Shown here piece by piece: positions 41,807 to 53,357 of a stretch of 64,000 nt of DNA; position 1 is the first letter of the stretch, and every line of letters begins with the position of its first letter. The notes beneath the pieces are model-generated. The model saw only the letters and a program-made list of their open reading frames with translations, made no database searches and was not told the origin of the DNA. Position numbers and translations under genes: made by a program. The stretch comes from an uncultured Gemmatimonadales bacterium (GTDB taxonomy: Bacteria > Gemmatimonadota > Gemmatimonadetes > Longimicrobiales > Gaopeijiaceae): NCBI GenBank assembly GCA_963823035.1, contig CAWGKG010000014.1:544001-608000 (forward strand). Direction: 5' to 3'.

Positions 41807-43080
41807 GGCTTCTCCTCCGGCACGTAGGTCACGACGGCGCGGTTGTCGGGGCCCAGACGATCCGCGGCGAACCGGCGCACGGCCGCGACGTCCACGGCGC
41901 GCAGGCGATCCACCTCCTGGTTCAATCGCTCAGGCTCGTCGAAGTAGAGGTTGAACATGGAGAGGAGGTCGGCCCGCTCGCCGACCGGCTCGAGCCCGCG
42001 GACCAGGTCGGTCTCCGAGACCGCCACGGCCCGCTCCACCTCGTGGCTCTCGGCGGCGACGAGCCCCTCGATCTCCTCCGCCAGCGCCTCCTCCAACTTC
42101 TCCGGGGACGCGCCCGGATAGCCGGTCGCCCACACCAGGAGCAGCGAAGCGCCCGTCAGAAGTGGGAAGGCGTACGACACCACGTCCTTGGCCGCACGGC
42201 GCTCCCGCACCAGCCGCCGGTAGAGGCGGGAGGCCCGGCCCGTCCCCAGAACCGCCCTGGCCACCTCCGCCACGGCGAACTCGTCCGAGGAATAGGGGGG
42301 GATGCGGAACGCCATGATGACCCGGGGCAGCGGAACGTCCGCCACCACCCGCTCGCGCACCGTCTCCCCGATCAGGGGCGCGACGTCCGTCTCCCCGGGA
42401 AGGGGAGGGATCGGGGCCCCGGCCGGGATGTCGCCGAACCAGCGCTCGATCCGCTCCATGACCCCGAGCGCGTCGAAGTCGCCCGCCACCGTGAGCACGG
42501 CGTTGTTGGGCACGTAGAAGGTGCGGAAGAACGCGGCCACGTCGTCCAGGGTGGCGGCGTCCAGGTCCTCCATCGACCCGATGACCGTGTGGTGGTAGGG
42601 GTGCGATTCCGGAAAGACGAGCCGCTGGACGCGCTCGTCCCAGTCGCCGTACGGCTGGTTGTCGTAGCGCTGGCGCTTCTCGTTCTTCACCACGTCGCGC
42701 TGGTTGTCGAGCTTCTCCTGCGTCATCGCCGGGAGCATCCAGCCCATCCGGTCGGACTCCAGCCAGAGCGCAAGGTCCAGGTGGTGCGAGGGGACGGTCT
42801 CGAAGTAGTTCGTCCGGTCGTACCAGGTGCTGGCGTTGAGGGAGCCTCCGGCGCGCTCGATCAGCTCGAAGTGCCGGTTCTTGGGGACGTGCTCCGAGCC
42901 CTGGAACATCATGTGCTCGAAGAGATGCGCGAAGCCGGTGCGCCCGGCCTGCTCGTTCCGCGAGCCCACGCCGTACCAGAGGTTCACCGCCACGACCGGC
43001 ACCGACGTGTCGTGCGAGAGGACGATCCTGAGCCCGTTCGCGAGCGTGTGCCGCTCGACGGGGATGGAGAGAACCGACAT
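41803..43080 (-). CDS. M16 peptidase family, catalytic subunit (cytoplasmic)
   Basis: GFAHLFEHMMFQGS; no signal peptide. Confidence 0.92.
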   Translation of the reverse strand: MSVLSIPVERHTLANGLRIVLSHDTSVPVVAVNLWYGVGSRNEQAGRTGFAHLFEHMMFQGSEHVPKNRHFELIERAGGSLNASTWYDRTNYFETVPSHHLDLALWLESDRMGWMLPAMTQEKLDNQRDVVKNEKRQRYDNQPYGDWDERVQRLVFPESHPYHHTVIGSMEDLDAATLDDVAAFFRTFYVPNNAVLTVAGDFDALGVMERIERWFGDIPAGAPIPPLPGETDVAPLIGETVRERVVADVPLPRVIMAFRIPPYSSDEFAVAEVARAVLGTGRASRLYRRLVRERRAAKDVVSYAFPLLTGASLLLVWATGYPGASPEKLEEALAEEIEGLVAAESHEVERAVAVSETDLVRGLEPVGERADLLSMFNLYFDEPERLNQEVDRLRAVDVAAVRRFAADRLGPDNRAVVTYVPEEKP

Positions 43081-43083
43081 CGG

Positions 43084-44619
43084 CTACCGCTCTTGCTTGG
43101 AGGAGCTCGGTCCATCCAGGATCACGACTTCGCCGAGCCCGAGCGCGCGCAGCGGCGCCTCGATCGCGGCCCGGTCTCCGACGACGACGACCGCCATCCC
43201 GTTCGTGCTCAGATAGCTCGACGACGCCGCCGAAGCCGCCCGGCCATCCACCGCCTCCACGCCCGCGACGTAGCCCTCGTAGAAGTCCAGCGGGATACCG
43301 TAGAGCACCAGCTCGTCGAGCTGCCGCACCACGTCGTCGAGCGACTCGAAGCGCTGCGGGAGCCGCAGGGCCAGGTAGTTGCGGGCGCGCTCGAGCTCCG
43401 TGGCGGGCGTGGGCTCCTCGTGCATGCGGTCGATCTCGCGCACGAAATCCGCCACCGCGCTGTCCGTGACCGCGGTGGCCACGGCGGCGACCGCCTCGAA
43501 GGGGCCCGGCGCGCGCCGCATGTCGAAGTACGACCCCGCCCCGTACGTGTAGCCCTTCTCCTCGCGGAGCTTCGCGTTGAGACGGCTGGTGAAGGAGCCT
43601 CCCAGCATCGTGTTCACCACCGCGAGCGGGTAGTAGTCCCCCGTCGTCCGATCGACCGCCACGCGTCCGACGCGGACCTCGCTCTGCGCCGCGCCCGGCT
43701 TGTCCACGAGGTAGATCCGACGATCCGTGCGCGCCTGTGCCGACGCGAGGGCGGGCGGATCGACACCAGGGCCGGTCCAACCCGCGAAGGCGGTCGTCAG
43801 CATCGAATCCAGCACCGCGCGGGTGACGTCCCCCGCCACGATCAGCGTGGCCTGCCCGGGGGCGTATCGGGCGCGGTGGAAGGCGACCACTTCGTCGCGC
43901 GTGAGCGCTTCGAGCGTGGCCTCCGTCCCCAGCAGCGGGACGCCGTAGGGGTGGCCCTTTCCGTACAGCACTTCGGCGAAGGCGTCCTCGGCCAGCGCCG
44001 CGGGCACGTCCGAGCGCTGCAGCACACGCGCCAGCCGCTGCCGGCGCACACGCTCCAGCTCCTCCTCCGGGAACGTCGGGTGGACGACCACGTCCGCGAG
44101 AACGGCGAGCGCCTCCTCGAAGTGGCTCGACATGACGGACAGGCGAAGCTGGCTCGCGTCGTAGCCGGCCGTGCTGGAGAGGCTCGCTCCCAGAACGTCG
44201 ATCGCGCTCGAGATCTCGAGGGCCGAGCGCGTCGTCGTGCCCTCGTCGAGCATGTCGGCCGTCATCCCGGCGAGGCCGGCCTGCGCGGCGGGATGGGCGG
44301 AAGCGCCACCGCGCAGCTGCAGCTCGAGGCTCACCAGCGGGAGCGCGTCCCGCTCGACGAGGACCACGCGCAGCCCGTTGTCGAGCGTGTAGTCCTGGAT
44401 GTCCGGCATGTCCATCGACTCGGGCGGCGCCGACCGGCGGGCACCGCGGTGCGGTCGAACGGCCCGGCCCGGCGCGCCGGAGCCCCGCCGCCCGGACCCA
44501 GCGCGATCGAGCCCCCGGCTCCGTCGCGGGATCCGAGGACGTAGTACGGGCCGCCAGGCGCATCCCGCCACCGACAACGCCGTCCAGCTCGCCACCATCA
44601 GCTTCGCTCCCCCCGTCAT
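43084..44619 (-). CDS. M16 peptidase family, non-catalytic subunit (probable lipoprotein)
   Basis: ATG 44619 overlapping the upstream TGA; lipobox VAGC; GGSFTSRLNAKLREEKGYTYG; local frame errors in the N-terminal linker. Confidence 0.78.
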   Translation of the reverse strand: MTGGAKLMVASWTALSVAGCAWRPVLRPRIPRRSRGLDRAGSGRRGSGAPGRAVRPHRGARRSAPPESMDMPDIQDYTLDNGLRVVLVERDALPLVSLELQLRGGASAHPAAQAGLAGMTADMLDEGTTTRSALEISSAIDVLGASLSSTAGYDASQLRLSVMSSHFEEALAVLADVVVHPTFPEEELERVRRQRLARVLQRSDVPAALAEDAFAEVLYGKGHPYGVPLLGTEATLEALTRDEVVAFHRARYAPGQATLIVAGDVTRAVLDSMLTTAFAGWTGPGVDPPALASAQARTDRRIYLVDKPGAAQSEVRVGRVAVDRTTGDYYPLAVVNTMLGGSFTSRLNAKLREEKGYTYGAGSYFDMRRAPGPFEAVAAVATAVTDSAVADFVREIDRMHEEPTPATELERARNYLALRLPQRFESLDDVVRQLDELVLYGIPLDFYEGYVAGVEAVDGRAASAASSSYLSTNGMAVVVVGDRAAIEAPLRALGLGEVVILDGPSSSKQER

Positions 44620-46029
44620 GGACGTGCTCCTTCCCCCCGGCCTCGCCGGCCATGGGCCGCCAGCTCGGTCCTCCCCTTCGGCACGACGCTCAGCCATACG
44701 GCGGGAACCCCCGCCAGCCAGCGTCGCGTCACATCGACGACGTCCGCCCCCTGTCACCCGCCGGTACCGATCGAAGTCCTTACGCACCCACCCCGGCGTG
44801 CCGGCGAGGAAGTGGTACTCGTTGAGCCGGTCCGCCTTTCCGCCGAACCCGCCCACGCGCTCCAGCGAGCGAACGAAGGACGTCTGCACGCCGTTCACGG
44901 CGCGCTGAAGCTCCATGTCCGTCACGCCGCCCTCCACGACGCCTGCGATCTCCTCGCGGATCGCCTCGGCCAGCCGCGCGAGCGGAACGTCCGGGCGCGC
45001 GGTCGCGATGATCCAGAACGTCCCGCCGACCTCCTGCCCGTCCTGGAAGGCGCTCACGTCCTGCGCGATCTCCTCGTCGTACACCAGGCGCTCGTAGAGC
45101 CGCGAGCTCTTTCCTTCCGTCAGGACCGAGGCGAGCACGTCGAGCGCCGCGTCGTCGGCCGTGAACACCTTCGGCGCGTGCCACGCCACGTACAGGCGCG
45201 GCAACTGGACCTCGTCCTCGAGGACGACGTGCTCGTCGACTGCCAGCGTCGCGTCGGGGACCGTCACCGGCGGGATCGGCGGCCCGGACGGGATGTCGGC
45301 GAAGTACTTCTCGACGAGCGCCCGCACCCGTGACACGCTCACGTCTCCCGCGATCGCCAGGCTCGCGTTGTTGGGCGCGTAGTAGGTGCGGAAGAAGGAC
45401 TTCACGTCCTCGAGCGTCGCGGCCGACAGGTCTTCCATCGACCCGATCACCGGCCAGTGGTACGGATGGCTCGGCGGATACAGGTGCTCGTACACGGTCT
45501 CGAAGGCGCGGCCGTAGGGCTGGTTGTCCACCCCCTGGCGCCGCTCGTTCTTCACCACGTCGCGCTGCAGGTCGAGCTTCTCCTGCGTCATCGTCTCCAG
45601 GAGGAAGCCCATGCGATCGGCCTCCAGCCAGAGAGCGAGCTCGAGCGCGTTGGCCGGGATGTTCTCCCAGTAGTTCGTCCGGTCGTTGCTCGTGGAGCCG
45701 TTGTTCACGCCGCCGGCGGCCTCGAGCAGGTTGTCGAAGTCGCCCTCGGGGACATGGCCCGAGCCCTCGAACATCACGTGCTCGAAGAGATGCGCGAAGC
45801 CGGTGCGGCCGGGCGTCTCGTTCTTCGATCCCACGTGGTACCAGAGGTTGACGCTGACCACGGGGAGCGAAGGGTCCCGGTGCACGATCACGTTGAGCCC
45901 GTTGGCCAGCGTGAACTGCGTGTAGGGGATGTACACGTCCACCCGCTCTCCGTCCTCCTGGGCGGCCGCCGGGAGGGCGGTCAGGCCCAGGGCCGCCACC
46001 CACGCCGCGCCGCGCATCCTCCGACCCAT
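44616..46029 (-). CDS. M16 peptidase family, catalytic subunit (secreted), frameshift near 44750
   Basis: Signal peptide ending PAAA-Q; GFAHLFEHVMFEGS; the corrected C-terminus WLSVVPKGRTELAA ends at TGA 44616. Confidence 0.85.
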
Positions 46030-46150
46030 GCGCCTCCTCCCGGGAAGCTCCGCACGCACGCCTGCCCGACCCGGACGAGGTCCGGCGCCGGGAAGATCCA
46101 CAAGGTAACGGAAGAGGGGAAGAGGGCAGGCCCGTCCGCGGGCCCCGCCG

Positions 46151-46831
46151 CTACCTCAGCGTCAGGCCGATGCCGAGCTCGAGGTACTGGTGCGACGCGC
46201 CCCGGTCCACCACCGCCGTCGGGGAGGTGAGATCGTACTGGCCGGCGTTGTAGTTGCCGAAGAAGGCGAGGGAGAGCGGACCGGCCAGGGGGAGCGCGAG
46301 GCCGCCGCCGAGGCTGTAGCCGATGCCCGTCCCCGACGCATGCACGAGCGCGGACGAATCCGTGTCGACCAGATCCTCGCCCGCCCAGGCGAGTCCGCCG
46401 CCGCCTTCCACCCAGACGTGCCACAGCTGCCAGGAGAACACCACCGAGGCGTTGCCCAGCGTGTTCATGAGCGTGGTGGGGGTGGGCGTGCCCGTGCTGT
46501 CGGCCGCGCCGAGCGGGCCGGGGTGTGCCCTCCGCCAGACGGAGGCACGCACACCGACGCCGAGCCCGTGGCCGAGCCTCTTCCCCAGGCTCAGCTGCCC
46601 GGTGAAGCTGTCCGTGTTCTCGGGGCTCGCGCAGCTCGTGCAGGGATCGCTTCGCCGGCCGTAGCCGACGCCGAGCGTCGCGGTGATCGGGAGGCCGGCC
46701 GGTGCGGGTGCGGGCGTGACGACCGCGCTGTCCACCGGGGGAATCGTGTCCTGGCCCCGAAGGCCGCGAGGCACCGAGGCGCTGAGCGCTGCGGCGACGA
46801 TGAAGAATGGGACGATCCGGCGATGGTCCAC
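46151..46831 (-). CDS. Small outer-membrane beta-barrel-like protein
   Basis: Signal peptide, CTSC loop, alternating Gly/aromatic strands, C-terminal YLELGIGLTLR. Confidence 0.65.
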   Translation of the reverse strand: MDHRRIVPFFIVAAALSASVPRGLRGQDTIPPVDSAVVTPAPAPAGLPITATLGVGYGRRSDPCTSCASPENTDSFTGQLSLGKRLGHGLGVGVRASVWRRAHPGPLGAADSTGTPTPTTLMNTLGNASVVFSWQLWHVWVEGGGGLAWAGEDLVDTDSSALVHASGTGIGYSLGGGLALPLAGPLSLAFFGNYNAGQYDLTSPTAVVDRGASHQYLELGIGLTLR

Positions 46832-46913
46832 GCCTGGTGCTCCTGGAGGAAGTCGGACCCTGCTCTCCCGAGTATCGGCCGATCCACGCCCGACTTGATC
46901 TCCCGGGGTCGTC

Positions 46914-47754
46914 TCAGGGGCGTTCCTGCATCCGTCTCCTCAGGAGATCCGGCGAAACATCGTCCATAAGCAGCCTACGCGCCGCCTCGGCTCCCGCGTC
47001 CAGGCGCTCCTCCACGGCGAGCAGGAAGACGCTGTCCTCTTCGGCGGCGCGGATGCGGGCGCGCTCCAGCATCTCCCAGGCCAGGTCGTCGGCACCGGCC
47101 GCGGAGGCCGCGAGGGCCGCCACGAGCTGGGCCTCGACGTCCTCGGGCTGCAGCCGCGCCCCCTCGGACAGCTCGCCGGCGGCTTCGTCGAACCGCTCCG
47201 ACTCCAGCAGCACCAGCCCGAACACGATGCGCGGCCACCCGTCCTCGGGGTCGAGGCGCACCGCGTCGCCGAGCGCGTCCGCCGCGCCGTCCGCGTCCCC
47301 GGCCAGGTAGCGCGCCACGCCCAGCTCGTACACGATCTGTGGATCGTCCGCGTCGAGGGCCCGAGCCGCTCTCCAGCTCGGCGAGCCCCTCGGCGACGAG
47401 CCCCTCGCGCGCGAGATACGCGCCGTAGAGGAAGCGGGTCAACGCGATCCCCGGCGCGGTGAGGGCGGCCGTGCGCAGCGCCTGCTCGGCGTCGGGGTCA
47501 TCGAACACCGCCACGCCGTTGCCGGCGGTAGCGAGCACGTAGGGATCCTCGGGATCGAGGGCGAGCGCCCGCTTGAAGCGCTCGTAGGCGACACCCTCCA
47601 GCCCCAGCTCCCGCTCGGCGACGCCGAGCCAGCAGTGCACGGCCGCCTCGTCCTCGTGCTCGCCCACGTGCTCCCTCAGGAGCTCGGCCATCGCCTCCCA
47701 GTCCGCCTCGTCGGCGAGGCCCAGGGCCCGCTCGAGCAGCGCTTCCAGCTCCAT
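46914..47754 (-). CDS. Tetratricopeptide repeat protein, frameshift near 47370
   Basis: FKRALALDPEDP, YELGVARYLAG, AVRLDPED. Confidence 0.78.
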
Positions 47755-47766
47755 CCGGTCCCCGCG

Positions 47767-48981
47767 CTACGCGCCGAACTTCACCAGGCGCCCGGCGTGC
47801 GCCAGCGCCAGCGACATCAGTCCGGTCCCGGGGAAGCGCCCCAGGTCGCCGCGACGGCACGCGGACTCGCCGAAGCCGCCGCCGGTCGGGCGCGCCCACT
47901 TCGAGGCGAGCAGCACCGGCACCGCGTGCCACGAGTGCTCCTTGTAGACCGCCGGCGTCGAGTGGTCGCCCGTGACCATCAGGACGTCGGGCTCCGTCTC
48001 GAGGATCTTCGGGATCAGCGCGTCCACCTCCTCGATGGCGTCCACCTTCCCCTCGAAGTCGCCGTCGTGGCCACGCGTGTCCGTATCCTTGAAGTGGAGG
48101 AAGGAGAAGCCGTGCGCGGGGCCGTTCTTGAGGTAGAGCGAGACCGTCTCGTCGACGTCCGCGGGAATCCCCGGAACCTCCATGCCGACGAGCTTCGCCA
48201 CGCCCCGGTACATCGGGTACTTGGCGAACGCGGCCGCATCCAGGCCGAACCGTTCCTGCAAGGTGGGGATGGCCTCGTAGGTGGCGAAGCCGCGTGCCAG
48301 GAAGCCGTTCAGCGCGGGCTCGCCCGAGAGGATCTCGCGCGCCTGCGCGAGGAAGTCGCGCACCAGCTCGGCCGAGCGCTCCGAGCCGGTCGCCGTGGCC
48401 TCGCACTTCAGGTCCGGCACACCCTCCTCGAGGGGATCCGTGTCCGTGAGGTCGGCGCCCAGACCCTCGCCGCGGATGAGGAGCACGACGCGGTGCTCCT
48501 TCTCGTGCGTGAGCGACACCTCGAATCCGTCCGGCTGGCGGAGCGACGACATCAGCTCGTCCACGACGCGCCTACCCTGCGCGTCGGACGGGCGTCCGGC
48601 GCGCCGGTCGGCGACGCGTCCCTCATCGTCGAACGTGGCCAGGTTGAGCCGGGCGGCAAGGTCGCCCGCCTTCAGGTCGATGCCGACCCCCAGCGCGGAG
48701 AGCACGCCCCGGCCGATCACGTAGCGGGTCGGATCGTAGCCGAAGAGCGAGAGGTGGCCGGGGCCGCTGCCGGGCGTGATGCCGGGCCCCACGGGGTCGA
48801 TCATCCCGAGCGACGAGCGGTCGGCGAGCGTGTCGAGGTTGCGCGTGCGCGCGGCCTCCAGCTCGGTACGCCCGCCCGCATCCGGGTGGGGGAGGCCGCC
48901 GAGGCCGTCGAGCACGACGAGCACGATGCGCGTGTGATGTCCGCGGTGGACCTGATCGTCGGGGAGTATGAGATCGCTCAT
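47767..48981 (-). CDS. apgM: 2,3-bisphosphoglycerate-independent phosphoglycerate mutase (archaeal type)
   Basis: VLDGLGG, PGSGPGHLSLFGYDP, HFKDTDTRGHDG, TGDHSTP, HSWH. Confidence 0.9.
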   Translation of the reverse strand: MSDLILPDDQVHRGHHTRIVLVVLDGLGGLPHPDAGGRTELEAARTRNLDTLADRSSLGMIDPVGPGITPGSGPGHLSLFGYDPTRYVIGRGVLSALGVGIDLKAGDLAARLNLATFDDEGRVADRRAGRPSDAQGRRVVDELMSSLRQPDGFEVSLTHEKEHRVVLLIRGEGLGADLTDTDPLEEGVPDLKCEATATGSERSAELVRDFLAQAREILSGEPALNGFLARGFATYEAIPTLQERFGLDAAAFAKYPMYRGVAKLVGMEVPGIPADVDETVSLYLKNGPAHGFSFLHFKDTDTRGHDGDFEGKVDAIEEVDALIPKILETEPDVLMVTGDHSTPAVYKEHSWHAVPVLLASKWARPTGGGFGESACRRGDLGRFPGTGLMSLALAHAGRLVKFGA

Positions 48982-49133
48982 GGTCGCGGTTCGATAGAGG
49001 GGTGCCGTGCCGGGCGGCTCGGCCGCGCAGGACGAGGTCGAAATCTAACCGGAGCCCGTTGTCCGCGGGGCCCCCTCCACCTAGGATGGCGCGGACGATC
49101 ACGTTCGCGGCCTTTCACGCCCAGGAGCACCCC

Positions 49134-50264
49134 GTGCGCTACACGCCCTTCCGCATGGAACGGTACCAGTCCACCTACGAGCACAGGGTGGAGATCAACC
49201 TCTCGGAGTCGGGCGTGCACCCGATGACCGTGCGAGAGCTGCTCGACCTCGCCGGGCGGGAGGAGGGCATCGACGACCTGCGGCTCGGATACGGGCAGTC
49301 GAACGGATCGGACGCGCTGCGCGCGCGCATCGCGGCGCTCTACCCCGGCGCCACGGAGGCGAACGTGCTCGTCACGGTCGGGGGCGCGGAGGCGAACTTC
49401 ACCTCCTTCTGGCACCTGATGGAGGCCGAGGGTACGGCCGCCGTCCTCCTCCCCACCTACGGCCAGGTGCCGGGGCTGCTCGACTCGTTCGGCGCGAGCA
49501 TCCACCCGGTGAAGCTGGTGGAGGAGCACGGGTGGCAGCCGGACCTGGACGCCCTCGCCAGCGCCCTCGACGCGGGCGCCCGCTTCGTGCTCATCACCAA
49601 CCCGAACAATCCGACGGGTGCCGCGCTCAGCCCCGCGGCGATGCAAGCCATCGCAGGGATGACGGAACGGAAGGGCGCCTGGATCCTCGCGGACGAGGTG
49701 TACGCGGGCGCGGAGGTGCTGGGCGACCAGACGCCGTCCTTCTGGGGGCGCCACGAGCGGGTGCTGGTCACGAACTCGCTGTCGAAGGCGTACGGGCTCC
49801 CCGGGCTCCGGCTCGGTTGGATCCTGGGCCCCGCCGAGGTGGTGGCCGAGCTCTGGGGCCGCACGGACTACACGACGATCAGCCCCGCCACCCTCTCCGA
49901 TGCACTGGCCACCATCGCGCTCGAGCCCGTGACCCGCGACCGCATCCTCGAACGGACGCGCGGCATCATCCGGGCGAACCTCGAGCTTCTACAGGACTGG
50001 ATGACCTCGCAGGAGGGGCGGTTCCGCTACCGCCTCCCGGACGCCGGCGCGATCTGCTACATGCGCTACGACGCAGACGCGAACTCCACCGAGTTCGCGG
50101 AGAAGCTCCGCACGGAGAAAGGCGTGCTCGTCGTGCCGGGGGACCACTTCGGGATGGATTCCTACCTGCGCGTAGGCTTCGGCAACCCGGAGGACGAGCT
50201 GCGCGAGGGCCTGCGCCGCATTCGGGAGGCGTTCGACGAGGTGACGGCCGGCGCGCCCCGCTGA
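49134..50264 (+). CDS. PLP-dependent aminotransferase class I/II
   Basis: NPNNPTG, ADEVY, SLSKAYGLPGLRLGW. Confidence 0.92.
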   Translation: MRYTPFRMERYQSTYEHRVEINLSESGVHPMTVRELLDLAGREEGIDDLRLGYGQSNGSDALRARIAALYPGATEANVLVTVGGAEANFTSFWHLMEAEGTAAVLLPTYGQVPGLLDSFGASIHPVKLVEEHGWQPDLDALASALDAGARFVLITNPNNPTGAALSPAAMQAIAGMTERKGAWILADEVYAGAEVLGDQTPSFWGRHERVLVTNSLSKAYGLPGLRLGWILGPAEVVAELWGRTDYTTISPATLSDALATIALEPVTRDRILERTRGIIRANLELLQDWMTSQEGRFRYRLPDAGAICYMRYDADANSTEFAEKLRTEKGVLVVPGDHFGMDSYLRVGFGNPEDELREGLRRIREAFDEVTAGAPR

Positions 50265-50276
50265 GTCCCGCCTCGG

Positions 50277-50305
50277 GCCGCCCGGGTCCGTGTGACCCGG
50301 GCGGC
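50277..50305. terminator. GC-rich hairpin between convergent genes
   Basis: GCCGCCCGGGTC-cgtgt-GACCCGGGCGGC, 12-bp stem. Confidence 0.5.
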
Positions 50306-50311
50306 GCCTGA

Positions 50312-52978
50312 TCAATCGGCCGTGAGCGCCACCTTCGGATCCACGCGCACGGCCCTGCGCGCCGGCACCCACGCCGCGAGCAGGCCGACACCGCCCAGCA
50401 GGACGACCGCCGCCACCAGGCTGGGCGGGTCCCAGCTGCGCACGCCGAAGAGCACCCCGGAGAGCGCCGCGCCCGACGGCGAGCGCACCCAGCGAGCCCG
50501 ACGACCAGGCCGAGCGCGACGAGCCGCGTCGCGTGGGCCATGCACCATCGCCACCAGTCGGCGCGCGTCGGCACCGAGCGCGGCGCGGATGCCGATCTCG
50601 CGCGTCCGGCTCTGCACCGCGTAGCTGAGCACGCCGTAGATGCCCGCCGCCGCGACCAGGAGCGCCAGGAGCGCGAAGGTCGCCCCGATCCAGGAGGCCG
50701 CGCGCGGCCGCGCGACGGTCTCGGCCAGCATGGCGTCCAGCGTGCGCAGCCCGGCGGCAGGGACGTCCGCGTCGACACGCGCCACCGCCTGGCGCACCCC
50801 GTCGACCGCGCGGCTCGCGTCCCCGCGTACCCTGACCACCACGGACATTCCGCGCTGCGGGTTGGCCCCCCACGGCATGTAGAAGATCGGCTCGGACGCC
50901 GCGGCGTATCCGTCGTCGAGGACGTCGCCCACCACCCCGACCACCCGCAACGGGATCACCTCCCCGTCGCGGTGCAGGAGGATGGAGCGTCCGAGGGGGT
51001 CTCCCTCCGGCGCGACCCTGCGGGCCAGATGCTCGTTGACCACGATCGGGATGTCCTCGACGGGCTCCCACGACTGCGTGAAGACGTGGCCCTCCCGCAG
51101 CGGGATGCCCATCACCTCGAAGTAGTCGGGGAGGACGGTGTGGAAGTCCGCCCGCGGCGCGGTCGCCTCGTCCCACGGGAGTCCCTCGACGCCGAAGGGC
51201 GTCCAGCGGTTCTCCGTCGTGAAGGGGAGGTCGGACGTCATCGTCACCGCGACCACGCCCGGAACGGCTTCGACCTCCCGCCGCACGTCGCGGAAGTAGC
51301 GCTCCAGGGCGGTGCGGTCCGGGTAGCGCGTCCTCGGCGCGGAGACGTCGAAGGTGATGCGGTCGCGCGGGTCGAACCCGGGCGGGACATTCACGAGCGC
51401 GTCGAACGAGCGCGCGAGGAGCGTCGCCACGACCAGGAGCGTGGTCGCGAGCGCGATCTGTCCAACGATCAGGAGGTTCCGCGTCCGGCCGAGCCCGAGC
51501 GCCGCACCGGAGCGGCCGTCCCCCTCCGTCAGGGCCGCGCGCAAGGCCGATCGGGACGCCAGGCGGGCGAGGGGGAGCGCGAACGCGACGCCCGCGAGCA
51601 GCGCGACGAGCACGGTGAAGCCGATCGCGCGCGCGTCCACCGCCACGTCCACCAGCCCGGTGAGGTAGCGCGACTGGACGGCCTGCAGGGCGCCGCGCGC
51701 GGCCCAGACGCCGAACGTGCCGAGCGGCGGCGCCCGCCGCGGCGAGGACCACGCCCTCGACGACGACCTGGCGGAGGAGCCTGCCCCCACCCGATCCGAG
51801 CGCCGCGCGCACCGCGAACTCCCGGCGGCGCTCCTGGCCCCGGGCCAGCGTCAGGTTCGCGACGTTGGCGCACACGATGAGCAAGCACGGCGGCGCCCGC
51901 CCCCAGGAGCATGAGCAGCACCGGGCGCGCCGCGCCCAGGAGGTAGTCGTCCACCGTGCGCACGGTCACCGTCCACGCGCCGTTCGCCTCGGGGTGGGCC
52001 TGTGCGAGGCGATCGGAGAGGCCGTCCATCTCGACGCGAGCCTGCTCGACGGACGTCCCCGGCGCGAGGCGCGCCACGGTGCGCAGGTAGCGCGAATCGA
52101 AATCGTCGTGCTCCTCCTCGAGCAGGAGGGGACGCCACAGCTGGGCGGCCTGCCAGCTCAGGGAGCGCTCCGGCTGGCGGAAACCCTCCGGCACGACCCC
52201 CACCACGGTGTGGGGACGTCCGTCGACACGGACCGTCCTTCCGACGATGGCCGGGTCCGACCCGAAGCGGCGCACCCACAGCGCGTGGCTCAGGACGACG
52301 AGGTCGCCGTCGGCCTCTCGGGCCGCGTCGGCCGAGAACACACGTCCCAGCTCCGGGCGCACGCCCAGGACGTCGAAGAAGTCGGGGGTCACCACGCTCG
52401 CGGCCACCTCCTCGGCCGCACCGTCGCCTCCGGAGATCGTGGCGACGTCGACGTTGAAGGCCGCCAAGCCCGCGAAGGAGCGCGCCTGCTCCTTCCAGGC
52501 GAAGTAGTTGCCCGGGCGACACCGTCATCACGTCGCCCGTCGCGCGCTCCGCCTCCCAGACCAGCACCAACTCGTTCGGGCTCGCCCAGGGGAGGGGAGC
52601 CAGGAATTGCGCGCTCACCAGCGTGAAGATCGCGGAGTTCGATCCGATCCCCAGCGCGAGCGTTCCCACCGCGACGGCCGTGAACGTCGGCCGCTTGCGC
52701 AGCCCGCGCAGCGCCCAACGGACGTCCCCGAGCACCTCGTGCCATCCGCCCATCCCACCCTCCCGTTGGTTGCGCCGCGCCGCGGGGGACCGCAGCACGA
52801 AGCCGAGCACCTGACGCCGATACCACCAGCGCGCGCGCGCGTGTCCCGCGGAGCGAGCCCGGGCCTGGAAGGCCTCGTGGAGCTCGCCGTCGACCTCGTC
52901 CGCCTCCCTCCCCACCGCCCACCGGAGGAGCCGGCGGGAGAGTCTCGGCGGCGCGGGCCGCACGTGGGGGTCGGTCAT
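50312..52978 (-). CDS. ADOP-type duplicated ABC permease (MacB/FtsX-like), several frameshifts
   Basis: TLALGIGSNSAIF, LIVCANVANL, RTREIGIRAALGA, PARRAVRVDP; pieces in several frames. Confidence 0.85.
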
Positions 52979-52989
52979 CCGCAGCGCCC

Positions 52990-53316
52990 TCAGTCGTCGA
53001 GGGCCGGCTCGAGGCCGTCCCAGAGGCTCAGCAACGCCTGCCGCGTCTCCTTGAGGGGCTCGAGCGCCGCCTCCGTGAGCGCGAACCAGCGGCGCGGATA
53101 GGGCTCGCCGCTCTCCTCCGGCGCCTCGAGCCGAGAAGTGAGCATCTCCTTCTTCTCCAGGCGACGCAGCGCGATGTAGACCGCCGCCGTCGCGGCCTCC
53201 CGCCCCGTTCGGGCTTCCAGCTCCGCAACGATCGGCACGGAGTAGGACTCGCCGCCCAGGCGCAGGATCGTCAGAAGCACCTGGTGCTCGAATTCGCCGA
53301 GACCGCTTCGTCCCAT
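52990..53316 (-). CDS. PadR-family transcriptional regulator
   Basis: LGEFEHQVLL...AVYIALRRLEKK; directly upstream of the ADOP permease. Confidence 0.9.
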   Translation of the reverse strand: MGRSGLGEFEHQVLLTILRLGGESYSVPIVAELEARTGREAATAAVYIALRRLEKKEMLTSRLEAPEESGEPYPRRWFALTEAALEPLKETRQALLSLWDGLEPALDD

Positions 53317-53357
53317 GAACGCCTCCCGTCGGCGCCGCTCCGGCGGGCGGCTTGTAC

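Noticed and set aside
43084..46101. 1005-aa fused M16 peptidase in the ORF track
   Set aside because: Removing one G near 44750 gives a normal C-terminus and a TGA at 44616 overlapping the next ATG with a lipobox; two genes are more likely.
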